Shown here one piece after another: positions 9,971 through 18,789 of a DNA stretch of 34,862 nucleotides (position 1 is its first letter; each line of letters starts with the position of its first letter). The notes under the pieces are model-generated. The model was not told the origin of the DNA and did no database searches. It saw only the letters and a list, made by a program, of their open reading frames with translations. Source of the stretch: an uncultured Alphaproteobacteria bacterium (lineage in GTDB: Bacteria > Pseudomonadota > Alphaproteobacteria > RF32 > CAG-239); assembly GCA_944392285.1 (NCBI GenBank), contig CALXWF010000009.1, forward strand, positions 1-34,862. The letters are read 5' to 3'. The translations under genes were made by a program, and so were the position numbers.

Positions 9971-11098
9971 ATGAGAGAAAAGTTGCTCAATTTTCTGGTT
10001 AAGCTGTATTTGAAAGGTCAAAACTTGGCCAAGCTCAGATATCATGTGGCAGGGATTGTGTCTTTTCTGATTTTTGCGGTTATCGGTTATACTTTGGTGT
10101 GGATGGGTTTTGAAAGATTAGACGCCATTAAAACCATTCGCAAAGAGATTGTTCGGCTTGAAAATTCTTTGACAAGTGTCGGTTATGATCTTGCTTATGA
10201 AGATCTTGATTTCAGCTCATTTAATCCGTTTCAGATTATGAGTGTTAAAAATTTGCAATTTTATTCACGCATTGAAGGGCAGCACGCGGTATGGACATTG
10301 CCTGAATTGAGCCTTAAAACGGGCTTGTTTAACAGTCGCAAAATTACTTTTAACATGCCCGGAGCTCAGCTTTTGGAATTGGGTGAGAAAAAGTATAGCG
10401 TCAGTATGCCCGAGGTATTTTGGGAATTTCGCTTGGATGATACAGACCGCTTGATGCAGTCAATCTTTTTGGCAAAAAATGTTAAAATAAGCGATTTTGC
10501 CGATATTGGCGAAGTGCAAATTGCCTCTCGACGCATGGCCGTACAGCAAGTGAGCGATTTGGCACCTTTTTTTGAAAATTATATTGATGTTCGTAATGTT
10601 ACATTTAATGCTCTGCTCGATTATCCTTTGGCACAAACGATTGAACGCTTGTATGTGAATGCTGATATTATCGGCACGATTTATGGCGCCGATACTTACC
10701 AAAATGATTGGAAAAATTGGAAGACTTTGGGCGGCGGCATTGATATCCGCAGACTGGTGGTTAACTGGGGGCCGTTGCTCTTGGTTGCCAGAGGCGATGT
10801 CGGTTTTGACAAACAACTGCACCCTGAAGTTAATTTGCGCTCTTCATCCAAGGCTTTGAGCCTGTTTTTGGATGAAATGGAGAATAAGGGATTTTTGCCG
10901 GGGAAAGGCGTGTTTGTGGCAAAGATTTTGCTCAACAGTAAAGCCTTCAAAATGAACAAAGACGACAAATTTATGACGGTAACGGCTCCGATTGCCTATA
11001 AAGATAATAAAATTTTGCTTGAAAATGTTGTCTTAAAGGACTTTTCCATACCTAAAAAAGAGGAATTGCGCCAAACCGTAAACCCGACGGTCAATTAG
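9971..11098 (+). CDS. Hypothetical membrane-anchored protein, probably DUF2125 family
   Basis: This 375-aa ORF has one N-terminal TM helix and starts 3 nt after plsC with an AAGGAAA ribosome-binding site. The DUF2125 assignment is from memory of the size and architecture of alphaproteobacterial homologues, not from a search. Confidence 0.6.
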   Translation: MREKLLNFLVKLYLKGQNLAKLRYHVAGIVSFLIFAVIGYTLVWMGFERLDAIKTIRKEIVRLENSLTSVGYDLAYEDLDFSSFNPFQIMSVKNLQFYSRIEGQHAVWTLPELSLKTGLFNSRKITFNMPGAQLLELGEKKYSVSMPEVFWEFRLDDTDRLMQSIFLAKNVKISDFADIGEVQIASRRMAVQQVSDLAPFFENYIDVRNVTFNALLDYPLAQTIERLYVNADIIGTIYGADTYQNDWKNWKTLGGGIDIRRLVVNWGPLLLVARGDVGFDKQLHPEVNLRSSSKALSLFLDEMENKGFLPGKGVFVAKILLNSKAFKMNKDDKFMTVTAPIAYKDNKILLENVVLKDFSIPKKEELRQTVNPTVN

Positions 11099-11584
11099 TT
11101 CAAAAGGCTCCAGAACATTAAGTTCTTCATTTTTTTCAATTTCTACCACACAGAGAGCATGAGGGCTGAGCCAGCCCTGTTTATGCAGAGAGATTAATGC
11201 CGGTTCGCTTAGCCCGCGTTTATAGGGCGCGTCACTAAACAAGAGCGAGAATTTTTTTGGTGCCGGCGGCAAGGCCGTGGCCGAAGCTTTAAGCAGAGAG
11301 ATTTTAGCCGCTTCTTTGGGGAACAGGGCTGCATTTTTTTTGGCATCCGAGATGTCTATATCAACCAAACAAACCGAAGCCGCCCCACGGGAAAGCGCTT
11401 CCAGCGCAAAAGCACCGCTGCCGGCAAAAATATCCAACAAATGCTGCTGCTCCCATGGCGCATCTAATTTGCTGTTTAAAATATTAAAAACAGATTCTCT
11501 GGCACGGTCAGCCGTCGGGCGCACCTCTGCACGCGTGGGAGAAAGCAGTTTTTTTCCGCGATAATTTCCGGCAATGATTCTCAT
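11033..11584 (-). CDS. rsmD: 16S rRNA (guanine966-N2)-methyltransferase RsmD
   Basis: The ORF starts MRIIAGNYRGKKL. It has the SAM-binding motif DIFAGSGA and the DPPY-like motif FSDAPY. Its start overlaps the stop of the upstream pseudouridine synthase by 4 nt. Confidence 0.85.
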   Translation of the reverse strand: MRIIAGNYRGKKLLSPTRAEVRPTADRARESVFNILNSKLDAPWEQQHLLDIFAGSGAFALEALSRGAASVCLVDIDISDAKKNAALFPKEAAKISLLKASATALPPAPKKFSLLFSDAPYKRGLSEPALISLHKQGWLSPHALCVVEIEKNEELNVLEPFELIDRRVYGLAQFLFFRYGKVL

Positions 11585-12303
11585 AATTCAAATTTGCTTC
11601 CGAGTTGTTCTTTTAAGACTTTTTGCGGCACTTCTTTCACTTCTCCGGGTTTGAGCGCACCGAGCTGAAACGGCCCGTAAGAAAGGCGAATTAGGCGCGC
11701 GACCTCAAGGCCTAAATGTTTCATGACTTTACGAATTTCGCGGTTTTTGCCTTCAGACAAAGTTACCATCAGCCAAGCATTGGAACCTTTTATGGTTTCA
11801 ATTTCGGCTTTTATCGGGCCATAGTTAATTCCGTCAACGGTAATTCCCTCTTGCAAACGGCTTAAGGCCTCGGTATTAATACGACCATGGACTCTGACTT
11901 TGTAGCGGCGCGACCAACCGTTGGACGGAAGCTCCAACTTGCGCGACAGCTCACCATTATTGGTTAACAATAACAAGCCTTCAGAGTTTAAATCAAGTCG
12001 GCCGACAGAAATAACACGCGGCAACCCGCTCGGCAAAGAGGCAAACACGGTCGGCCGTCCTTGCGGGTCTTTATGAGAAGTGACCAAGCCTTCCGGTTTA
12101 TAATAAAGCCAAAGGCGGGTTTTGTCGGTTTGCGGCAACTTCTCGCCGTCAAAAAGTATTTTCTCGTCTCCCGTGACATTTAATGCCGGAGAAGTAACAA
12201 TTTCACCGTTAACGGTAATGCGTTTTTGCGCAATCAACACCTCAGCTTCGCGGCGCGAACAAATGCCACTGCGGGCAATATATTTGGCTATTCTTTCAGT
12301 CAT
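11581..12303 (-). CDS. Pseudouridine synthase, RsuA/RluB family with S4 domain
   Basis: It has an N-terminal S4 RNA-binding domain (RIAKYIARSGICSRREAEVLI) and a catalytic Asp motif (GRLDLNSEGLLLLTNNGEL). Confidence 0.85.
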   Translation of the reverse strand: MTERIAKYIARSGICSRREAEVLIAQKRITVNGEIVTSPALNVTGDEKILFDGEKLPQTDKTRLWLYYKPEGLVTSHKDPQGRPTVFASLPSGLPRVISVGRLDLNSEGLLLLTNNGELSRKLELPSNGWSRRYKVRVHGRINTEALSRLQEGITVDGINYGPIKAEIETIKGSNAWLMVTLSEGKNREIRKVMKHLGLEVARLIRLSYGPFQLGALKPGEVKEVPQKVLKEQLGSKFEL

Positions 12304-12372
12304 GTGATTTTATGCTTTCCTTTTTTTCTTTTTACTAACATAATAAGAGATATTAATCAATAAGGGATTATC

Positions 12373-12837
12373 ATGAGCGAAAATATTTATATGCGGCGCG
12401 CCTTTGAACTCGCACAAAAAGCCAAAGAGGCTGATGAAGTGCCTATCGGCTGCGTGATTGTCAATAATATCAGCGGTGAAATCGTGGCCGAGGCACATAA
12501 CTTAAGCCAACATGCTTTAGAAGCAACCGCTCATGCCGAAATTTTGGCCATTCAGGCGGCATGTCGGGCTATGCGCAGTAATCGTCTGCGAGGTTGTGAT
12601 TTATATGTGACGTTAGAGCCCTGCACCATGTGCGCGGCGGCCATTTCTTTTGCCAGAATTGAGAACCTTTATTTCGGGGCAACAGACCCCAAAGGCGGAG
12701 CGGTTATCAGCGGCGTCAAGTTCTTTCAAAGCCCGACTTGCCATCATCGACCGATTGTCCATAGCGGCATTATGGAAGAAGAATGTTCTCAAATTTTGAA
12801 AGATTTTTTTAAAAGCAAGCGCGTAATAAAAGATTAA
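12373..12837 (+). CDS. tadA: tRNA-specific adenosine deaminase
   Basis: This 154-aa ORF carries the zinc-binding deaminase motifs HAEILAI and LEPCTMCAAA. An AAGGGA ribosome-binding site lies upstream. Confidence 0.9.
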   Translation: MSENIYMRRAFELAQKAKEADEVPIGCVIVNNISGEIVAEAHNLSQHALEATAHAEILAIQAACRAMRSNRLRGCDLYVTLEPCTMCAAAISFARIENLYFGATDPKGGAVISGVKFFQSPTCHHRPIVHSGIMEEECSQILKDFFKSKRVIKD

Positions 12838-12859
12838 ACTTTATCCATGTATTTCCAGC

Positions 12860-13348
12860 TTAATGATTGGCGCGGCTTAAGATGCGTTGCTTGTCGCGGT
12901 TCCAATCGCGTTCTTTGATGGTTTCTCGTTTGTCAAACTCGCGTTTGCCGCGCCCTAACCCAAGCTCTAACTTTGCACGGCCTTTATCATTGAAAAATAA
13001 GCTGATGGCAACCAAGGTTGACCCCTTGCGGTTCAGCTCATTGATTATCTCTATAATTTCTTTCTTTTTTAACAGCAGTTTGCGCTCGCGTTTTTCATAA
13101 TGTGTTTCATAGCCGCGATTGGCATATTCGGCAATACTCATGTTGGAAATAAAAAGCTCGCCGTTACGGGCTATGCCATAGGCATCATTAATATTGGCAT
13201 GGCCTAAGCGCAAAGACTTTACTTCCGTGCCGGTTAGAGCTAAGCCTGCCGTATATTTGCTTATTATTTCATAATCAAAAAAAGCGCGACGGTTGTAAGC
13301 AACCTGTCCGGTTGAAATGTATGCGCTCTTGCTTGTTTTTTTTGCCAT
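12860..13348 (-). CDS. smpB: SsrA-binding protein SmpB
   Basis: This 162-aa protein from ATG 13348 (MAKKTSKS...) has the typical SmpB core (NRRAFFDYEI...GTEVKSLR...YEKRERKLLLKKKEI). The 16 extra N-terminal codons in the ORF track were not used. Confidence 0.92.
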   Translation of the reverse strand: MAKKTSKSAYISTGQVAYNRRAFFDYEIISKYTAGLALTGTEVKSLRLGHANINDAYGIARNGELFISNMSIAEYANRGYETHYEKRERKLLLKKKEIIEIINELNRKGSTLVAISLFFNDKGRAKLELGLGRGKREFDKRETIKERDWNRDKQRILSRANH

Positions 13349-13417
13349 TTTTACTTCCTTTTGCCTATATATGACATAGGTCAAACAAAAAAGCAACCGC
13401 CATGAAAAAATTTTTAT

Positions 13418-13448
13418 AAAGAAAAACCCCGCTCTTGAAACGGGGTTT
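13418..13448 (-). terminator. Intrinsic terminator downstream of the bactofilin gene
   Basis: On the minus strand, AAACCCCG-loop-CGGGGTTT is followed by TTCTTTAT. Confidence 0.6.
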
Positions 13449-13454
13449 GCTTAT

Positions 13455-13913
13455 TTAATCTTGTTTTGCGGCTTTTCTGGTCTTGCGACTGTCTACCAAC
13501 ATTAAATCCGGACGAGCTTGCTCTGCCGGAATCGGCCCGTTGGCGCGCATACAATGCCCGTCAATATAAGCTCCGGGCTCAATGGCAATGGAGGTGTGTG
13601 TTGCATCACCAACTAATTTTGCGGTTTTGGCAACAAAAAGCTTGTCAACGATGGCCTTGCCGTTTAAAACACCGTATAATTGCAAGTTCTTGGCCGTAAT
13701 CGTACCGACAACCGTTCCTTTTAAGCCGATAACCAATTCCTCACAGCTGATGTCTCCTTCAATGCAGCCATCTACATGAATGATACCGTCACTGATAAGG
13801 TCGCCTTTAACATTGGTGTTCTCACTGATAATGCTCGGAACCGGAACACCTGAACTGTTTTTGTTCATTTTACGGGCAAATTTCAAATATAAAAGCTTTG
13901 TAAATTTTGTCAT
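13455..13913 (-). CDS. Bactofilin family cytoskeletal protein
   Basis: This 152-aa ORF has a repetitive beta-helical DUF583-type core (IHVDGCIEGDISCEELVIGLKGTVVGTITAKNLQLYGVLNGKA...). A GAGGGA ribosome-binding site precedes ATG 13913. It lies 11 nt downstream of the M23 peptidase gene. Confidence 0.85.
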   Translation of the reverse strand: MTKFTKLLYLKFARKMNKNSSGVPVPSIISENTNVKGDLISDGIIHVDGCIEGDISCEELVIGLKGTVVGTITAKNLQLYGVLNGKAIVDKLFVAKTAKLVGDATHTSIAIEPGAYIDGHCMRANGPIPAEQARPDLMLVDSRKTRKAAKQD

Positions 13914-13924
13914 GATTCCCTCTT

Positions 13925-15154
13925 TTAAGATATTTTTGCCTTGATAAAGGGCATTGGATCTATGGAGTGTCCTTTATATAACACCTCATAATGCAGGTGC
14001 GGCCCGGTAGAACGCCCGGTACTGCCGACCTCGCCTAAAACATCATCAATCTCAACATAATCGCCTTTTTTTACATATATTTTGTGCATATGCGCATATT
14101 TGGTCTGGAAACCATTACCATGATCTACGACAACCAGATTTCCGTAACCGCCGGCATATTCGGCACGCGTTACCTTGCCGCGGGCCTGAACCTTAATCTT
14201 GTTTCCGGTACGGCTGGCTAGGTCAATTCCTTTGTGGCGGGCTGCTTTGCCGTTAAACGGATCTGAACGGCTGCCATAATGTGAGGTTACCCAATAACTC
14301 CATACCGGTTTGCCTAAAGGAACATATTCTGCAACTTCTTTATAATATTCCCACTTATCTACATCTTCAAAAATCTTGGAGATTTTATCATTTAATTTTT
14401 CATCTTTGAGGCGTTGTTTGGGAGCCGGAATGTATGGACCGCCTGAATTGGCGCCTTTTTTGCTGTTTGCCAAGGCATTAAAATATAAACCGTTTCTCTT
14501 TAAGGGGACATTAATGCTGTTAAAGGCATTTTTAATTTTGCCGACTTCGCGCGCCGCTATTTTCTCAACCTTTTCCAAAACATCTAACTCGGCAGCTTTA
14601 ATGTCTTTGATAATATTTTCCATTTCTTTGAGGCGTTCTTTGAGCTCATCACGCTCGGAGGCGGCAATGTCTCTTTGCAAAAGAGCCTCGTTTAAGGTAA
14701 TCTTTTCAGATAATGCATCTGATGAAAGCCATTCTTTTTCTTCCGTAATTTGCTTGATGCGATCTTCAACAATGGAGGCCTGCTTTTTATAATTTTCAAT
14801 TTCAGCTTTGGCATTCTTTTTTTCTAAAGAGGCCATCATTTCATTGATGTTTTTGTTTAAGGTAACAAAATCCGTCATCAGTTGGACATAGGCATCGCGC
14901 GTTTCAATAATCTCTTTATCTTTATATGAAATGATAACGCCGGAACGATTGTAAATATAATATGAGTAAAAGCTCCACGCACCAAACAAGACCAAAAGCG
15001 TTAAAACTATGGTCTGGAGGCGCGACGAGATGGTGAAAACTTTGGCCCGTCCTTGGCTTCTGAATATTATTTCCTTTGGCGAAAAAAACGTTTTCTTTTC
15101 GGCATAGTCGCTTGTTGGAAAACTATCTTCCGGCCCCGGAGTAAAAAAATTCAT
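13925..15154 (-). CDS. Bitopic M23 (LytM-domain) metalloendopeptidase with coiled-coil linker, LmdC-like
   Basis: This 409-aa ORF has a short cytoplasmic tail, one TM helix (IVLTLLVLFGAWSFYSYYIY) and a long coiled coil. The C-terminal M23 domain keeps the HxxxD (HKGIDLA) and HxH (GPHLHYEV) zinc ligands. Confidence 0.85.
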   Translation of the reverse strand: MNFFTPGPEDSFPTSDYAEKKTFFSPKEIIFRSQGRAKVFTISSRLQTIVLTLLVLFGAWSFYSYYIYNRSGVIISYKDKEIIETRDAYVQLMTDFVTLNKNINEMMASLEKKNAKAEIENYKKQASIVEDRIKQITEEKEWLSSDALSEKITLNEALLQRDIAASERDELKERLKEMENIIKDIKAAELDVLEKVEKIAAREVGKIKNAFNSINVPLKRNGLYFNALANSKKGANSGGPYIPAPKQRLKDEKLNDKISKIFEDVDKWEYYKEVAEYVPLGKPVWSYWVTSHYGSRSDPFNGKAARHKGIDLASRTGNKIKVQARGKVTRAEYAGGYGNLVVVDHGNGFQTKYAHMHKIYVKKGDYVEIDDVLGEVGSTGRSTGPHLHYEVLYKGHSIDPMPFIKAKIS

Positions 15155-15332
15155 CCAATTCCTATCTAAAAATTACACTCGATAATCTCTTATCATGGTA
15201 TAGGTATAGCAAAAAATTTTTAAAAATACAGCTTTTTTTGCAAACTTATCCAACCCCTCTAAATAATTCCTTGTTTTCTTTTGATTTTTGCGTCTTAATT
15301 TGGGGTAATTTAATGAGTTTTCGGAGGTCTTT

Positions 15333-15797
15333 ATGAAAGTTAAAACAAGAATTGCTGAAATTTTGGCCACTTGGTTTTATAGCGGTCGGGCACCTTTTGC
15401 TCCTGGAACTTTCGGTTCTTTGGCCAGTTTGCCTTTTGCTTATGCGCTTCAATATTATGGCGGCATAAGCGCTCTTTGTGTCTTTATATTGGTTATTTTT
15501 GTTATCGGCGTTTGGGCCAGCGATTATTATGCCAAAGCCGTTAATATTCAAGACCCCGGTTTTATTGTTATTGATGAAACGGCAGGACAAAGTATTGCCC
15601 TTATTTTTGCCGGAACAAATTTGTGGCTCTACGGACTTGGCTTCTTGCTCTTTAGATTATTTGACATCACCAAACCTTGGCCGGTTTCTTGGGCTGACAG
15701 CAAAATAAAAGGCGGGCTCGGCATTATGCTTGATGATGTGTTGGCCGGAATTATGGCTGCCGTTGTGTCGTTTGGCGTTATACAGATTTTGGGATAA
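15333..15797 (+). CDS. pgpA: Phosphatidylglycerophosphatase A
   Basis: This 154-aa polytopic membrane protein has PgpA motifs (GRAPFAPGTFGSL, VIDETAGQ, RLFDITKPWP, DDVLAG). A GGAGG ribosome-binding site lies upstream. Confidence 0.85.
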   Translation: MKVKTRIAEILATWFYSGRAPFAPGTFGSLASLPFAYALQYYGGISALCVFILVIFVIGVWASDYYAKAVNIQDPGFIVIDETAGQSIALIFAGTNLWLYGLGFLLFRLFDITKPWPVSWADSKIKGGLGIMLDDVLAGIMAAVVSFGVIQILG

Positions 15798-15801
15798 GGC
15801 T

Positions 15802-16116
15802 TTATTCTTCGTCTAAAATAACAAACTCATCATCTGCGGCGTAATTTAAGACAACACGCGCACGCTCGTCTAACATATCTAAGTCAAGACTCGTATTGGA
15901 AAGTAAGCGCACTTTTTTTTCAAGGCGGATTTTTTCATTATGATAGGTCTGCGCAATTTCTTTGGCCTTAGCAATTTCGTTTTTCAGGTAAAAATATTGC
16001 ATCAACCCTCTGTCACCGCTGATTCCGTGGAAGGCAAAATAGATAGACAGTATCGCACAAAAAAATAAATAACCAGAACTTTTCAGGCGATTTTGCAAAT
16101 CCATAAATAACCCCAT
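15802..16116 (-). CDS. ftsB: Septum formation initiator (FtsB/DivIC family)
   Basis: This 104-aa ORF has one N-terminal TM helix followed by a coiled coil (YFYLKNEIAKAKEIAQTYHNEKIRLEKKVRLL) and the C-terminal DERAR motif region (LDMLDERARVVLNY). Confidence 0.75.
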   Translation of the reverse strand: MGLFMDLQNRLKSSGYLFFCAILSIYFAFHGISGDRGLMQYFYLKNEIAKAKEIAQTYHNEKIRLEKKVRLLSNTSLDLDMLDERARVVLNYAADDEFVILDEE

Positions 16117-16234
16117 ATGTCTTTCCCGATTAGAAAATTAGACTCGCTTTGCCGTCTTTGCGGCTTGGGAAATTGGAACATATTTAAGTTAAGAATTCGT
16201 TACAAATACCCACGCAACGATAAATTTATCAGCA

Positions 16235-16648
16235 CTATTCCCATATACAATCATTTCCTTTCCACTTCCAACCGGTTATCGTACCGTTTTTTATGTAAAA
16301 AGAGGTTTGGCAATAATTTTCAACCTCATAACCGAAAGTTTGAGTGAAAGGCGAAAAATCATAGTCATTTACAAAAGGAGAATAAATAACATCTTCTGAA
16401 GGTTCAAAACCTTGATTATAGACATAAAATTCCGAAGGGACATAAACATCTTCTGCTTTGGTATAAGTAATGACTTTTTCGCCATCTTCAAGATATTTTA
16501 CGCCGTTCGGTGCACCCCAGCTTTGTTCTAATGCCGCTTCGTTTTTTCCTACCCAACTTTGCAGCATTTTATCATATTTTGCCGGTGTTGCGCAGGCAGC
16601 AAGCATGGATACCAGCAACAAACTTAAATTTATTTTTTGCTCCATCAT
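16235..16648 (-). CDS. Lipoprotein, function unknown
   Basis: From ATG 16648 (MMEQKINLSLLLVSMLAAC) it has a signal peptide with the lipobox LAAC. A GGAG ribosome-binding site lies upstream. The extra N-terminal codons in the ORF track are not needed. Confidence 0.6.
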   Translation of the reverse strand: MMEQKINLSLLLVSMLAACATPAKYDKMLQSWVGKNEAALEQSWGAPNGVKYLEDGEKVITYTKAEDVYVPSEFYVYNQGFEPSEDVIYSPFVNDYDFSPFTQTFGYEVENYCQTSFYIKNGTITGWKWKGNDCIWE

Positions 16649-16826
16649 TTTATCTCCTTTTGCTTTTCCTTTGTATGTAATCCTTCCTCCGTTTTTTTCA
16701 ACCAACATATAAACCTTAGGTTTAGTCTTAAAATATAAAATATATGTATAATTGATAAAATTGTTGCTTTTTAAATTTTTAATGTTAGATTTTCATCATA
16801 TATCAACTTTTAGGATTTATCCGATA

Positions 16827-17765
16827 ATGCATAAACCCCTCATTTCACTTCTTACACCTTGTTATAACGGCGAGTCGTATTTACGCCCGCATCTGGAGGC
16901 CTTGTTAAAACAGACTGCAGAGAATGTGGAATATATCTTTGTTAATGACGGATCAACCGATAAAAGTGAACAAGTGTTGTTTGAATATCGTGAAAAACTG
17001 GAAGCTAAAGGATGGAAAGTTGTATATTTGAAAAAGCCTAACGGCGGTGCCGCAGATGCTCTGAACCACGGCCTTAAGGTCTTTAGCGGAGACTATTTGA
17101 CCTGGGTTGACTCTGATGATGTTTTGCACCCGAATTTTTTGACAGAGATGTCCGAATTTTTGGAGGAAAACCAACAATTCGGTTTTTGTTATGCCCAAAC
17201 ACAATATGTTAAAGTTGAAGATCCTCAACATCCTTATTTTGTGCAAAAAAGAGTTATAACGGATGGGGAGCGTGACAACTTCTTTGAAGACTTGATTCTG
17301 GCAAAAAATCTTCCGGCTTTGGCTTTTTGTATGGTGCGAAGCCGTGACTTTTTGCGCGTAAACCCTACGCGCAGTATTTATGTTTCTCCGGTCGGGCAAA
17401 ATGCTCAAATGTTGCTCCCTATGGCTAAGAATTTCCGTTGCGGCTATATTCCAAAAGTTCTTTCAACCTATATGGTGCGACAAGGTTCCGCTTCTCATCA
17501 AATTAACCCTTTATATGATGCCATGTTAGAAGATGTTTTGCTCCACGTTATGCAAAATCTTGAGCTTAAGCCTTGGGAAGAAATTTATTGTAAACAACTT
17601 TTGGATAAAAGATTTCATCAAAATGAGGTTTCAAAAGACCAAAATTTTTCATTAAAACTTTTCGGTTTTATTCCTCTGCTTAAAGGGAAATGCCAAAAAT
17701 CTAAAACCAAGATTTATTTATTTGGCTTTATTCCGTTTCTTAGCTTAAAGAGTGTGCGCAAATAA
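16827..17765 (+). CDS. Family 2 glycosyltransferase
   Basis: From ATG 16827 (MHKPLISLLTPCYNGESYL) it shows the GT2 GT-A fold motifs (VNDGSTD, DSDD). The C-terminus has a duplicated LFGFIP(L/F)L segment. I rejected the earlier ORF start because the conserved N-terminus begins at M26. Confidence 0.85.
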   Translation: MHKPLISLLTPCYNGESYLRPHLEALLKQTAENVEYIFVNDGSTDKSEQVLFEYREKLEAKGWKVVYLKKPNGGAADALNHGLKVFSGDYLTWVDSDDVLHPNFLTEMSEFLEENQQFGFCYAQTQYVKVEDPQHPYFVQKRVITDGERDNFFEDLILAKNLPALAFCMVRSRDFLRVNPTRSIYVSPVGQNAQMLLPMAKNFRCGYIPKVLSTYMVRQGSASHQINPLYDAMLEDVLLHVMQNLELKPWEEIYCKQLLDKRFHQNEVSKDQNFSLKLFGFIPLLKGKCQKSKTKIYLFGFIPFLSLKSVRK

Positions 17766-18305
17766 TTTCTTTTTCTGTTTGGCAAACCATTTATCAGACT
17801 TTTCTTGACTGTTTACCTGCCATAAATAATTAAAACGCTTGGCAAAAGTCTCAGATATTTGGCTGTCTTCTACAAAAAATATGCAATTTTCACTATTCTT
17901 GTCTCCGGCCGGATTGGTCCAATTATATGAGCCGCTTAGGGTCGACTGACTGTCAAACACGGCAAATTTGTTATGTTCTATCTTGTGTTTGCTATGAACG
18001 CGTATGTTAATGCCATAGTTATATAGCTCTCTTACCTTAGAGTTTTTATTTGAAGCTTGCAGACGGTCAGTTAAAATTCGAATTTTGACGCCTCTGTCCT
18101 GCGCTTTCTTTAAGGCTTGGACGATTTTTTCATCATTTATGGCATAAACGGCGGCATCAATGCTGACTTTAGCTTTGTCTATAAAGCTTATCAAATTTTG
18201 TTCACACAAAGGCGACGGCGAAAAATAGACACGAATCTCTGCAGCTTTGGTGTAAGCTGAAAAAAAGCATAAATATATTACTATTAAAAGAAAGCGCTTA
18301 AGCAT
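17745..18305 (-). CDS. Secreted single-HKD phospholipase D / Nuc-like endonuclease family protein
   Basis: This 186-aa ORF has a signal peptide (LLIVIYLCFFSAYTKA-AE) and one HKD motif (HNKFAVFDSQSTLSGSYNWT). Size and architecture match the Nuc/PLD homodimer class. Confidence 0.85.
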   Translation of the reverse strand: MLKRFLLIVIYLCFFSAYTKAAEIRVYFSPSPLCEQNLISFIDKAKVSIDAAVYAINDEKIVQALKKAQDRGVKIRILTDRLQASNKNSKVRELYNYGINIRVHSKHKIEHNKFAVFDSQSTLSGSYNWTNPAGDKNSENCIFFVEDSQISETFAKRFNYLWQVNSQEKSDKWFAKQKKKLFAHTL

Positions 18306-18381
18306 AACATCTCTTTGGTTGTTTTTAATAGATATATAACAACCATTAAGATATATTCAAGCTTTACCTTTGAGATTTTTC

Positions 18382-18444
18382 TCGGGTGTTCAAGTCCCCC
18401 TCTGATACCATAACACCACAGCTCCCTTTCGGGGGTTGTGGTGT
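18382..18444. repeat. Copy A of a ~63-bp module (T-arm-like GGGTGTTCAAGTCCCCC, CTGATACCA, then a 14-bp hairpin with TTTC/GAAA loop)
   Basis: It aligns by eye to 18588-18650 with a few substitutions and a 1-nt indel. The hairpin spans 18413-18444. Confidence 0.7.
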
Positions 18445-18474
18445 GGAATTTTCCTCAAAGCCTTAGTGGCTTTG

Positions 18475-18489
18475 ATGGTGCCGCTTGGG
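18475..18489. repeat. 15-bp perfect duplicate of the tRNA-Thr 3' end (ATGGTGCCGCTTGGG)
   Basis: It is identical to 18651-18665, which spans the CCA end and acceptor/T-stem of tRNA-Thr. Weaker similarity continues for about 8 more nt. Confidence 0.8.
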
Positions 18490-18575
18490 GACTACTCGGC
18501 GCTCCGCTTGAGTTGCCTCTGCGGCGCTGCCCTCTCGGGCACCGGCGTTCTCCCGCCCGCCTGCGCCTGGTAGTC
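18490..18575. other. Very GC-rich ~86-bp core with nested helices (candidate structured RNA or foreign DNA remnant)
   Basis: Closing helices are GACTAC 18490-18495 / GTAGTC 18570-18575 and GGCGC 18498-18502 / GCGCC 18563-18567. An internal hairpin TGCCC-TCTC-GGGCA lies at 18528-18541 and has a GAGA loop on the minus strand. The composition contrasts sharply with the AT-rich surroundings. Confidence 0.3.
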
Positions 18576-18587
18576 AAACACCCTTCT

Positions 18588-18650
18588 TCGGGTGTTCGAA
18601 CCACCCCTGATACCATAACACCACAGCCCCCTTTCGGGGGCTATGGTGTT
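18588..18650. repeat. Copy B of the ~63-bp module, directly abutting the tRNA-Thr 3' end
   Basis: It contains GGGTGTTCGAACCACCC (a perfect 5-bp stem with a TTCGAAC loop), CTGATACCA and a 15-bp hairpin (18617-18650) with one mismatch on the plus strand, which becomes a G:U pair on the minus strand. Confidence 0.7.
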
Positions 18651-18651
18651 A

Positions 18652-18727
<76 letters not shown>

Positions 18728-18744
18728 ATAGGCTTGCAATGTGT

Positions 18745-18772
18745 TTTATATACAAACTTTCAAATTTTGCAA
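18745..18772 (-). promoter_or_regulatory. Candidate sigma70-type promoter for tRNA-Thr
   Basis: On the minus strand, TTGCAA is followed by a 16-nt spacer and TATAAA. The -10 element ends about 17 nt before the mature tRNA 5' end. Confidence 0.4.
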
Positions 18773-18789
18773 CCCTTATTTAAATTATT

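Noticed and set aside
15173-15590. Minus-strand ORFs 15173-15370 and 15246-15590 in and near pgpA
   Set aside because: They overlap the pgpA CDS or the divergent promoter region. They have no ribosome-binding sites and low-complexity products.
16117-16347. 76-aa plus-strand ORF between ftsB and the lipoprotein gene
   Set aside because: It overlaps the 3' part of the lipoprotein CDS on the opposite strand and has no ribosome-binding site or recognisable features.
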